Below, piece after piece: positions 53,431 through 64,000 of a stretch of DNA of 64,000 nucleotides. Position numbers and translations under genes: made by a program. Under the pieces are notes generated by a model that was given only the letters and a program-made list of their open reading frames with translations, made no database searches and was not told where the DNA came from. Location of the stretch: positions 42,284,001-42,348,000 of the forward strand of contig OZ024749.1 of assembly GCA_964016885.1 (NCBI GenBank), read 5' to 3'. The stretch comes from Eledone cirrhosa (lineage: Eukaryota). The number at the start of each line of letters is the position of its first letter. Position 1 is the first letter of the stretch.

Positions 53431-54507
53431 TAGATTTCTATTTATTGCCACTAGGGCGCAAAAGAAGGGGACAAATACAAGGGGGGAGTTTACACAAAAA
53501 GGCGAGTAAAGAAAACAAATAACAAATATAAAATTAACAATAACGTCCTCAATAGGGAGGGGGCGTTTGGGGGGTCGCACACACCCCCGAAAAAAGTGTG
53601 CAACCCCTTCTCCTCAGGAGCACAGAGAGAGGGTGCTCCCTCGTTCCTTCCTCTTTTCCACCTACAGGCTGATGTAGAGAGAAGGCCCATTCACACGGGC
53701 CATTCTCGCCACTTTCACCCACCTTTCATAAAAACGACTGGGGTGGAGCACCTCTCTCTCCATCCTGATCCTTCTTCTGAAATGATATCGGAAGAAACAG
53801 ATCAGTTGTTGGCCAGAGAGAAAGATGCCTGACCTCAGTCCTTTCAGACGCGTCCACCATACAACCTCTTTCACCATGGCTATTACGCACAGAAACACCG
53901 CCTCTCCTTCATTTTTGAAGGGGGGAGGCGGCTTAATCGTTACAATGGCTTCGGTTGTCAACCGGATCAGTCCCACCTGTGATAGCAGTCGTTCGACATA
54001 GCCCCACAGATCGGCTACGCCCGAGCAGTGTACCAATCCGTGTGCAACGGTTTCCTCGTCGCACATGCATCTGGGACAGATCTTTTGTGGCGAGGTCCCT
54101 CCCGGGCGCCCGTGTCTGTAGAGCTTTTCTCGAACGGGTAGAGCCCCTCGGTAGCACTGCCAGGCCAGGGACTTCTGGAAGTTATCCATAGGTCCCGGGC
54201 TGAATGTCCTACCGAACAGGCTGGCCAGTTCGTCTTCCTCCATGTCTAGGGCTTCTCCGAGGCGTCGTCGCACCTGCTGCATACCAGCCCTCTATAGAAT
54301 GTCGCGGTGGAGTCTCCTCTGATAACCGGGTCCGCCTGCCAGAGGGCCAAGAGCGCCTGGGCACACTCAGTGTGCCAGGCGCCCAGTTTTCTCGGTCTTT
54401 GCTTGACCCAGGATTGCAGCTCGGTGAGTGAGACAAGTCTGGGAAAGGTTTGTCTCACAAACAGGGCCCACACCGGTTGACCGGTGAGGAATACGTGGTG
54501 GTGCCAT
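53431..54507 (-). mobile_element. L1/Tx1-like LINE 3' fragment with zf-RVT-type zinc-knuckle region (ORF 53662-54282, frameshifted upstream)
   Basis: LAWQCYRGALPVREKL...CPRC..EETVAHGLVHC...LW motif; 3' UTR ends with AATAAA at 53441-53446; GC-rich relative to flanks. Confidence 0.85.
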
Positions 54508-55605
54508 AGATAGATGGTGGGGACATAATCGGGATAACTGTCCCGACCACCACCACCGCCACCACCACCACAACCATTACCACCACCACCACAACCACCA
54601 TTACCACCATTGCCACCACCACAACCACCATTACCACCACCACCACCACCACAACCATTATCACCACCACCACCACCCAGAATTGGGTTAATTAGAAGGT
54701 TTTCAAACAATGATAAGCGCCTTAGAGCTAATCTGAGATTTGATGTGGTGTGTAGGGGGGAGGAGTGAGTGGGTAGGAGGGATGAATATGATGAAGGTGG
54801 GGGTGGGGGGTGAAAGGGGAGAGAGAGATGTGTACATAGGGGAGTTAGTGGTTGTATTGATGGTGGTGAGTAGTACGGTGGTGTTAGTGGTGGTGATGGT
54901 TGTTCGTGGTGGTGGTGGTGGTGGTGGTGGTGTTAGTGGTGGTGATGGTTGTTTGTGGTGGTGGTGGTGGTGGTGGTGTTAGTGGTGGTGATGGTTGTTC
55001 GTGGTGGTGGTGGTGGTGTTAGTGGTGATAGTTTTAGTGGCGGTGGTGGTGTTAGTGATGATGGTGGTAGCAGTGGTAGTGGTGTTAGTGGAGAGAGGAA
55101 GAAAGGTACATGATATGTGAGGTGAGTGTGAGTGCATGTTAGTGTGCATATGCATGCATGCATTCATGTGTGTGTATGTGTATGTATATGTTTGAGTGTA
55201 TGTGTGAGTGAATATATATGAACGTATAATCACCATCATCATCATCATTGTTTAACATCTATCTTCCATGTTAAACGATGATGATGCTGTGAGTGTGTAT
55301 ATATATATGTCTGTGTTTCAGTATATGTGTGAGTGTGTATATGTTAATGTGTGTATGAATGTATGTGTATGTGTGTGTGTGTGTGTGTGTGTGAGGAAAT
55401 GTGGAAGAATTTTAGGGTCACTTGTTAATAATTTAGTTAATATCCTCATGTTCGACTGTGTGTGTGTTTCTGCATTTTTGTCCGAGTGTGAGCATGTGTA
55501 TGTGCATATGTACATGTATACACACTGTGTGTCTGCATAGGTATATATAAGTACATACAGGTGTATATGTCTAGTTAGTTATATGTGTCTATGTTGGTGT
55601 GTATA

Positions 55606-55932
55606 TCATCATTATCATTTCATTTTACGTCTGCTTTTTCCCTGCTTGCAAGGGTGGGACGGGAATTGATGCTGGCTTGATTTCTACAGCTGGATGCCCT
55701 TCCTAACACCAACTTCATTTACAGTGAGTGCTGGGTGCTTCTTTTGCCGTGGCACCGCCACGACCACTTTGCAGTGGAATGATATGGACCCCAGTCCCTA
55801 TCATCTCATTTCTACAGCTGAGTAAACTGGAGCAATGTAAAATAAAGTGTCTTGCTCAAGGAAACAACACATCACCCGGTCTGAGAATTGAACTCACAAC
55901 CTTTCGATTGCAAGGCCAATGCTCTAACCACT

Positions 55933-55934
<2 letters not shown>
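55606..55934 (-). mobile_element. CORE-like SINE S1
   Basis: Reverse-complement match to 62031-62372. Confidence 0.9.
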
Positions 55935-56011
<77 letters not shown>

Positions 56012-56653
56012 CATATTTACACATATATTTTTTCCATGCTGCCATTCGTGTTTCGTTTGTATCTTTACCCTTTCTAGCAGTCTCTCTCTCTCTGTTAGCC
56101 TCCTCCTCAACTTTCACTCACTCATTCTCTGTCACTACCTCTCCTCCTCCTCTTTCCTCCTCCTCCTTCAAGTTTGACCTGTGTGTAATTCTTTTCTCGC
56201 GCGGTCTTGACCAAGCTGGTATGGAATTTTTTTCTCTCTCTCTTTCGTCTGCGACTTCACAAAACTTACATTTACTGAATTCGTAGAACAGACCCCTTTA
56301 TCTTCTTCTTCTTCTTCTTCTTCTTCTTCTTCCCTCCTTTTTTCTCTCTCTCTTTTTCCCCCCCCGTCAAACTTGGGCGAAATTCTTTCCTTGCTCACAT
56401 TTCAACCAGGTTTGATGGTCCTTTGTCTCTTGTTCACGATTTCACAGAGTTTATATTCATAGAGATCTGGGACTTGTCTATTTCTACTCACTTTCCGTTG
56501 CTAAAACTTTTTTGTTGTTACTCTGGCATCCCCCTTTATTTACGTGTCCCAACGACTTTTTTTAGCCGTTGTTCGCACCAACCCGAGGCATATGGCCCTT
56601 AAAGCGATGAAATGCCCAGGACGGTTGGAGGGTCACTGATGAAGGACTCACTT

Positions 56654-56695
<42 letters not shown>

Positions 56696-56959
56696 AAAAT
56701 TAAAATTAAGGGTTGTCATGCCTGAGAGACATGCGCCATACCCATTGTAGAATAAGCTCGAAGATTCCAATGAATAGATCTGAGCATTACATATCAACTA
56801 GAAATAGATTGACATATATATATATATAAAATAAACATATGAAACAATCACAGGGAATAATTTGTAATGAATGTAAGCACACAGCTAGGTAGGTAACTAA
56901 TTAAAGTTTAACTAGAACTTCAAATATAGATACCTTTTAAAATGATTAATTAATTATAT

Positions 56960-57375
56960 ATATTGTTATGCTTTGGGAGGGTCATGTTGCCAATAAGAAA
57001 CACACGCACCAGTTGCTTTCACTCCAATTTATTATAAATTAAATTTATAAATTTCCGGTTGGTTGGTTGGTTCCACAACCGAACGGTTGTTCATATATTG
57101 TCAAAGTTCTTTCGTCACACATTCTGTGACCTCTTGACAAAGAAAAGAATCCCCAGTCACTGAAGAGGTCACAGAATGTGTGACGAAAGAACTTTGACAA
57201 TATATGAACAACTGTCCAGTTGTGGAACCAACCAACCGGAAATTTATAAATTTAACTTATAATAAATTGGAGTGAAAGCAACTGGTGCGTGTGTTTCTTA
57301 TTGGCAACATGGCCCTCCCAAAGTATAACAATATCGGTTTCAACACGCGTTTTCAGATAAAGAATCTTGCTAAAC
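56960..57375. mobile_element. Long fold-back (~175-bp arms, 27-nt spacer), PLE pLTR-like family C
   Basis: 56960-57135 is the reverse complement of 57163-57334; the right copy extends to ~57375. Confidence 0.9.
57156..57198 (+). ncRNA. Minimal type I hammerhead ribozyme candidate (C1)
   Basis: GTCA-CTGAAGA-G-GTCACA-GAATG-TGTGAC-GAAA-GAAC-TT-TGAC: stem I GTCA/TGAC, 6-bp stem II, 2-bp stem III, CUU site. Confidence 0.75.
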
Positions 57376-57391
57376 AAATTCAGAAACGAAA

Positions 57392-57556
<165 letters not shown>

Positions 57557-57603
57557 TTGTGTATGTGTGAGTGTGTATATATATATATATATATGTTTGT
57601 GTA

Positions 57604-57634
<31 letters not shown>

Positions 57635-58101
57635 GAGGGTTGTATAACTGTGTTTGTATCTGTACAAGTGTTTGTTTACAAACACACAAATACATACATA
57701 TTGTCTAACCCAAATACCCAACATCTGACATAAATATGTATATAACACATACATATATAATACATACATAGATAATGCATACATACATACATAATATATA
57801 CATACATACATATATCATTATCATTGTCAGCATAGTATGATGATGATATATATATAGGGCTGGCTCCTGGGTATTTAACACTCTAGGCTATCTCTACACT
57901 GTGTTCCCTCATCTCTTGGTTATGTATCTCAATCTCCCCGCCAAAAATTAGTTAATTGTTTTACGATCATTTCAGAGTGTTGGTTGATCATGGTAAATCA
58001 ATATATTGACTAACAGATAGTTGTTATGTCACCACATCTTACTAGTCTTAATATCCTAGATCCATCTCACTGTCATTCTCAGAAACAATATATATTATAG
58101 T

Positions 58102-58251
58102 CAGAGACGTAACTAGGGTATGACAAACATGGCGCATGCCATGGGCACCAATTGGACTTTATGGTTATCTGAAAAATGGGAGTTGGATGTTTGGGCAGGG
58201 GTACAATATCACTGCTTTCCCTAGGGGCTATTTTCCCTAGTTATGCCTCTG
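58102..58251. mobile_element. hAT-type MITE
   Basis: ATTATAGT|CAGAGACGTAACTAGGG...CCCTAGTTATGCCTCTG|ATTGTAGT (17-bp imperfect TIR, 7/8 TSD). Confidence 0.85.
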
Positions 58252-58668
58252 ATTGTAGTCGCTGCAGGTAATAATAGATATTGTTTAATATCTATTCTTA
58301 TACAGAAACTGCATAATTTGACGGCTGCAGCTAGAAAAAGTCCATCTCCCCCATTCTAATATTTAGAAGAGGTTAGGGGTTGAGAAATATGGATAATGTT
58401 TGAGGTAGGGATTATGGGGGATGTCTTAGTTTTAGTATAGATATTTAGTTCATGATTGGCTTTGTTTTAACGAATGTATTTTGTACAAGTTTGGAATCCA
58501 ATGGTCTTATCCACTAGATGTTCTGTTTATTGTTGGTTTTGTTTCCTGAATGTATTATTTACATATAGGACATTCAATGATTGCTTGCATTTGTTCTGGG
58601 TGTGTCTGTATTCAAATTTGTGTGTTTGATAGTCTTACATGCTTATTTGCATACACACACACACACAT

Positions 58669-58738
<70 letters not shown>

Positions 58739-58775
58739 TATGTGTGTGTATATTTAGGGTAGTTATTGATATTGA

Positions 58776-58851
58776 ATAGATTGGTTGGAGCAATAGCGGT
58801 ATTGTTTACATATATATGTAAACAATACCATTATTGCTCCAACTAATCTAT
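58776..58851. repeat. 76-bp near-perfect palindrome
   Basis: ATAGATTGGTTGGAGCAATAGCGGTATTGTTTACATA-TA-TATGTAAACAATACCATTATTGCTCCAACTAATCTAT. Confidence 0.9.
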
Positions 58852-58864
58852 ATAATAATAATAT

Positions 58865-59051
58865 AATTGTTTCTACTTTAGGCACAAGGCCAGCAATTAC
58901 CCAGTTCATTACTGGTACTTTATTTTATCGACCCCGTAAGGATGAAAGGCAAAGTCAACCTTGGCGGGATTTGAACTCAGATCGTAAAGGGACGTAACTA
59001 TGCTGGAAAGCATGGCGTCCGACCCTCCACCGATACTGCCAATCCACCGCC
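58865..59051 (-). mobile_element. Full-length tRNA-derived SINE (S2 reference copy)
   Basis: Minus strand: A box TGGCAGTATCGG, B box GAGTTCAAATCC, body GACTTTGCCTTTCATCCTTACGGGGTCGATAAAATAAAGTACCAG, (ATT)n tail; more than 15 copies or fragments in the window. Confidence 0.9.
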
Positions 59052-59074
59052 TATATAATAATAATATAATAATA

Positions 59075-60211
59075 ATGAAATTATTGTGTACAGTGCTCAG
59101 GTGCACTACAACTCGTCAAAGGTGTATATATAGTACATAGAATAATATACAAATGTCAGGGAAGTGAATAGTGTATGAGTCATGATATACAGGTGTGTAT
59201 GTGTATGGAGGGGGAACATTAGGTGTAGTGTTGGCGAATCTCGGGAAGCATGGAGGTTTTAAAGGATGCAGTGTCTCGACAGCTAACAACTGATGCAGGT
59301 AGTTTGTTCCATGGAGGTTTTAAAGGATGCAGTGTCTGGACAGCTAACAACTGATGCAGGTAGTTTGTTCCATGGAGGTTTTAAAGGATGCAGTGTCTCG
59401 ACAGCTAACAACTGATGCAGGTAGTTTGTTCCATGGAGGTTTTAAAGGATGCAGTGTCTCGACAGCTAACAACTGATGCAGGTAGTTTGTTCCATGGAGG
59501 TTTTAAAGGATGCAGTGTCTCGACAGCTAACAACTGATGCAGGTAGTTTGTTCCATGGAGGTTTTAAAGGATGCAGTGTCTCGACAGCTAACAACTGATG
59601 CAGGTAGTTTGTTCCATGGAGGTTTTAAAGGATGCAGTGTCTCGACAGCTAACAACTGATGCAGGTAGTTTGTTCCATGGAGGTTTTAAAGGATGCAGTG
59701 TCTCGACAGCTAACAACTGATGCAGATAGTTTGTTCCATGGAGGTTTTAAAGGATGCAGTGTCTCGACAGCTAACAACTGATGCAGGTAGTTTGTTCCAT
59801 GGAGGTTTTAAAGGATGCAGTGTCTCGACAGCTAACAACTGATGCAGGTAGTTTGTTCCATGGAGGTTTTAAAGGATGCAGTGTCTCGACAGCTAACAAC
59901 TGATGCAGGTAGTTTGTTCCATGGAGGTTTTAAAGGATGCAGTGTCTCGACAGCTAACAACTGATGCAGGTAGTTTGTTCCATGGAGGTTTTAAAGGATG
60001 CAGTGTCTCGACAGCTAACAACTGATGCAGGTAGTTTGTTCCACGCTTCGGCAACTCTGAGCGTGAAAAAATGTTTCCGAAAGTCATGGGAACTGTACTG
60101 TTTTCTGACTTTGTGGGCATATCCACGTGTGTTATCCACATGGAAATCAAAAAGGTACTGAGGGTTGTTGTTGGCAAGATGGTTTACAATTTTGTGGGTG
60201 TTTACCAAGTC
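59075..60211 (-). mobile_element. CR1-clade LINE 3' fragment containing an internal array
   Basis: NTRG..HK...RKHFFTLRVAEAWNKLPASVV...ASFK is the typical CR1 ORF2 C-terminus; 3' stem-loop AGTGC/GCACT; (ATT)n tail. Confidence 0.9.
59249..60041. repeat. 61-bp tandem array, 13 near-identical copies
   Basis: Unit CATGGAGGTTTTAAAGGATGCAGTGTCTCGACAGCTAACAACTGATGCAGGTAGTTTGTTC; 793 bp = 13 x 61. Confidence 0.97.
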
Positions 60212-60235
60212 ATATATATGTTGTATATGTGAGCC

Positions 60236-60408
60236 TTGGGTTCAATTGGGGGTAACCAAAGTTAGTAGGGTACTCAATACATTAGTAGAGTGCAAACATC
60301 ATATTTAAGAAATGGCTTCTACAGGCTGATTCCTTTTGAATGAAACAATACGTATTTCAATGGCACATTTGATGATGTGGGCCTGTCAGCCATGGAAATA
60401 CGTATTGT
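60236..60408. mobile_element. Inverted family B fragment joined to a short fold-back with hammerhead-like core (family D, 60345-60408)
   Basis: ACAATACGTATTTCAATGGC / GCCATGGAAATACGTATTGT arms; TTGATGA...GAAA-TACGTA; AATAAA at 60421. Confidence 0.5.
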
Positions 60409-60861
60409 GATTTTTGCAACAATAAAGGAATATTTGGAATCTGGCCTTCTTTTTTCATTGAAGAATATATATATATACATTGCATAAGTAATATATATAT
60501 ATATATATATAGATATATATATATACATTGGTGTATTTATTTTTGTGTTTGTTGTTTCTCTATAAAAAAAAAGGATTAAAGCTGAAAGGGTTGTTTGGTG
60601 TAAGATGATAATTAAGGTTAGCTTTGTAACAAACTCACATTGTTGTGTTCACAGTACTTTCAGACACACCTTGTGTGTGTGTGTGTTACATATGATTACA
60701 CTAGTATATTATTTCCTCACTACTCATATTTCAATGGCCCCACCCTATATATATATATATATACATACATTTATATGTGTGTGTGTGTGTGTATATGCAT
60801 GTATAGCCTCAGGCTGACTTAAGCCTTGTAAAAGTGTGTGTGAGTGTGTGTGCATGTATAT

Positions 60862-60939
<78 letters not shown>

Positions 60940-60987
60940 AACATTATTGTTATTGTTTCACATCTGTTTTCCATGCTGGCATGACTG

Positions 60988-61070
<83 letters not shown>

Positions 61071-61437
61071 ACATGATAGATTGGTTAAGAGGTCTACTTC
61101 ATAATCACATGGTCCCCATATTTGATACTACTGCAGAGTTTTTAAGGTAAGTGCCATTAACCAGAGCCTCAGGTTGACTCCAGCTTTGTGAATGAAATTG
61201 GATAGCTGCAAACTATATACTCTTATGTCCCAAATAATAGTGTAGGGGGGAGGGGTCAATGAGTTGAAAATCGGTAATTTTTCTTGGTTGTCTCCATTGA
61301 TTTTTTAAAAAACTAAAATTAGTCATTTAGTTTACTCTGGAATTTTATCTGTGGGCTCACAAGATCATCAGAAAAGAATATTCAGGTGAAATTTCAGAAT
61401 TTTGACTTTGGCATCAACTACTCATTTTCATGTGTGT

Positions 61438-61494
<57 letters not shown>

Positions 61495-61776
61495 GACATA
61501 AGGCGCCCAGAAGATTAAGGGAATATTTGGATTCTAGCCTTCTTTTTCCAGAATGAAAAAATCCTGGATTTTTTCATTCTGAGGATTGAAACCAAAATCT
61601 TTTGCTTTTAAGAAACCACTGGTAAATGGAATAATTGCCTTATGTTGTTTATTACATAACTATTAAGCTCTGTTACCTACATAGAGCACTCTTTTTTCCT
61701 GGACTTTTCCGACGGAATTACTTCATTTACACATATATAAATATATATATATAAAGTGAGAGAGAGAGAGTTGTTA

Positions 61777-62020
61777 AAGCATGGAACAAACTACCTGCAT
61801 CTGTTGTTAGCTGTTGGGACACTGCATCCTTCAAAACGTCCATGCTTCCCGAAATTTGCCAACACTACACCTGATATTGCCCTCCATACACATGCATGTA
61901 TCTGTGTGTATGTCATGACTCAGACACTGTTTCACTTTCCTGACATTTGTACATTATTCTATGTACTATACATGTACCTTTCATGAGTTGTACACTACAA
62001 TAATAATTTTCATTATATTA
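61777..62020 (+). mobile_element. CR1 LINE 3' fragment
   Basis: Reverse-complement homolog of 59075-59310. Confidence 0.85.
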
Positions 62021-62030
62021 TATTATATAT

Positions 62031-62372
62031 GGAGGCACATGGCTTAGTGGTTAGAGCATTGGCCTTGCAATCGAAAGGTTGTGAGTTCAATTCTCAGACC
62101 GGGTGGTGTGTTGTTTCCTTGAGCAAGACACTTTATTTCACATTGCTCCAGTTTACTCAGCTGTAGAAATGAGATGATAGGGACTGGTGTCCCTATCATT
62201 CCACTGCAAAGTGGTCGTGGCGGTGCCACGGCACAAAAGCACCCAGCACTCACTGTAAATGAGGTTGGTGTTAGGAAGGGCATCCAGCTGTAGAAATCAA
62301 GCCAGAATCAGTTCCCGTCCCACCCTTGCAAGCAGGGAAAAGCGGACGTAAAATGATGATGATGATGATGAT
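62031..62372 (+). mobile_element. Full-length CORE-like tRNA-derived SINE with RTE tail (S1 reference copy)
   Basis: A box TGGCTTAGTGG (62040), B box GAGTTCAATTC (62083), MIR-CORE-like CCTTGAGCAAGACACTT...CAGTTTACTCAGCTGTAGAAATG, tail identical to the RTE end at 42951. Confidence 0.92.
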
Positions 62373-63224
62373 ACAATCCAGAGTTTTCTCATTGCTTTCT
62401 GTTTGGTTTTGGTCATGTCAGGTTGTGGAGGCTATTTAACCAATAGTTGGGGTAGATGACCATTGACTCTGAGGAGTTCATCAGCCCTTTTAACAGTTCA
62501 TCTTTTTGTTTTTTATGCAGTTGGAACCTTGGGGGTGACCTCATAGGTGTCATTGTCATTCATTGCTGTTGTTGTTGTTGTTGTTAGTAGCGGTTGTGGT
62601 GGTATTGTTGTTGGTGAAGTTGTTGTTATTGTTGGTGTTGTTGGTGGTGATGGTTGTGGTGGAGGAGTTGTTGTTGTTGATATCGACGCCGCCGTCACTG
62701 TCGCTCTACTGTGACACCCACCCTACCGTAGCCAGATATAGGCATTGATAATTGATACTCCAGACTGCTTGCCCTATCAATTAGTCAGCACCACTTAGCG
62801 ACCCCCGCTCCCCACCCTTGGACTATATAGCAGTCTTCAAAGAGACATGACATAACCTTGACCACCGCCATACTACTGCCGTTCTCGGTGTTGTCATTGT
62901 TGTTGTTCTTGCAGTTTATTTTATCTTTACTTTCGGGTCTCGAATAATCCTCCACCCCCACTTATTCATTTAACAGATTTTTTTCATCCCCCCGCTTATT
63001 AAATTTTGCTAATCTATCTCCAGCGAAATTTTATTTTAACTGGTAACCTACGACAATTAATTTTCTTTAGACATTAAAAAACGTTATACATGACCAAAAT
63101 AGTATAGCTACACACATATAAAGAGAGAGGAAAGGAAAGGAATAAGGTACATTTGAGAGATCAGTTTCTCTGAATGTCAACAAAAGAAAAATTAAAGGGA
63201 GTTAATTCTCACAGTGAAATAATA

Positions 63225-63530
63225 TAATTACTTCCCTTTGCGGGGAAGCATCTCTCCTCACAGATCTCGACGCCTGCAGCCGACAGTCTGCTGAGGAGAT
63301 ATACATTGCCAGGTTTGACAACGCCGGATGGCAGCAGACCACCTTACCCATCAGATATGGCGGCCTCGCTCTCCGTCCTCCTATCTTACCGGCTCCAGTC
63401 TGTTTTCCTTTCGTTGGTGACCTCTTGACATGTCCTTATCAACAGGGTTCTCCACAACACAACTGAACTTTGTGCTCCAGGAGCACGAGGCGGCCTACGT
63501 GACATGGAACCAGCTCGGCCTTCACTATGT
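63225..63530 (+). pseudogene. CRE-like non-LTR retrotransposon RT-thumb fragment
   Basis: 63329-63376 translates WQQTTLPIRYGGLALR, matching the WxQAxLPxxxGGLGxR motif; GC-rich island missed by the ORF track. Confidence 0.65.
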
Positions 63531-64000
63531 GAACGTCTGCCCCCCCCCCCCCCCCCCTCTCATCTCCGTAGATGTCCAGTCCCCATAAAATAAATGCTCA
63601 ATAAATACATCACTAAACATGTAGAAATATCCGAAGCGATGAAAAAGTCGTATAGTGTTATGATTTGTCACATGATTTAACGTGGGTGAGTGTGGACTGT
63701 GTAGTGGAAAATACAGGCTTAGCAATTTTCTTAGTGTGGCCTTAGCAATAAGTGTCGGAAACTAGGTTTATAGCTTACAAAACTGTAAGGTGGAATTATT
63801 TAAATTGGGAAAATCGGACGCATAACTGTGAGAAGAGGGCATATATTGCACAGATACCCTAGAGCGCTAAATACGCAGGCGTTAGCTTTAGTCACAAGAA
63901 ATAAATATTAAAGCGATTATATTTTGTGTATTTTCATTACTTTAAATATTGGAGGAATATTTATAGTCTTTCATTTATTATATTTTAAAACAAATAGCGA

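Noticed and set aside
59249-60041. CRISPR-like array (also 6556-7108, 7865-8366, 47190-50147)
   Set aside because: Units are contiguous with no unique spacers, there are no cas genes, and the context is eukaryotic.
62031-62105. tRNA gene
   Set aside because: A and B boxes are present but acceptor and anticodon stems do not pair properly, and it runs into a multi-copy SINE body.

Overview
AT-rich eukaryotic DNA saturated with microsatellites, with no protein-coding gene I can support. The repeat families and simple-repeat load suggest a coleoid cephalopod (probably Octopus) intronic or intergenic region; this is an inference. Nearly all ORFs in the track are microsatellite or minisatellite artefacts. 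Recognisable content: (1) two tRNA-derived SINE families, one with a CORE-like domain and a 3' tail identical to an RTE LINE in the same window; (2) fragments of RTE, CR1, L1/Tx1-like, CRE-like and possibly RLE-type LINEs; (3) hAT, mariner, piggyBac and Helentron-like non-autonomous elements; (4) minisatellites, two of them visibly born inside retroelements (48 bp x ~61, 61 bp x 13). The most striking signal is a set of about 15 intact or decayed minimal type I hammerhead-ribozyme-like motifs (CTGANGA...stem II...GAAA, tiny stem III, often followed by AATAAA). They fall into at least four sequence families and often sit in long fold-back or tandem+inverted arrangements like Penelope-like-element pseudo-LTRs, with no PLE ORF in the window. 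Several other near-perfect hairpins make the region rich in potential dsRNA. All structures were read by eye; no folding or database searches were run.
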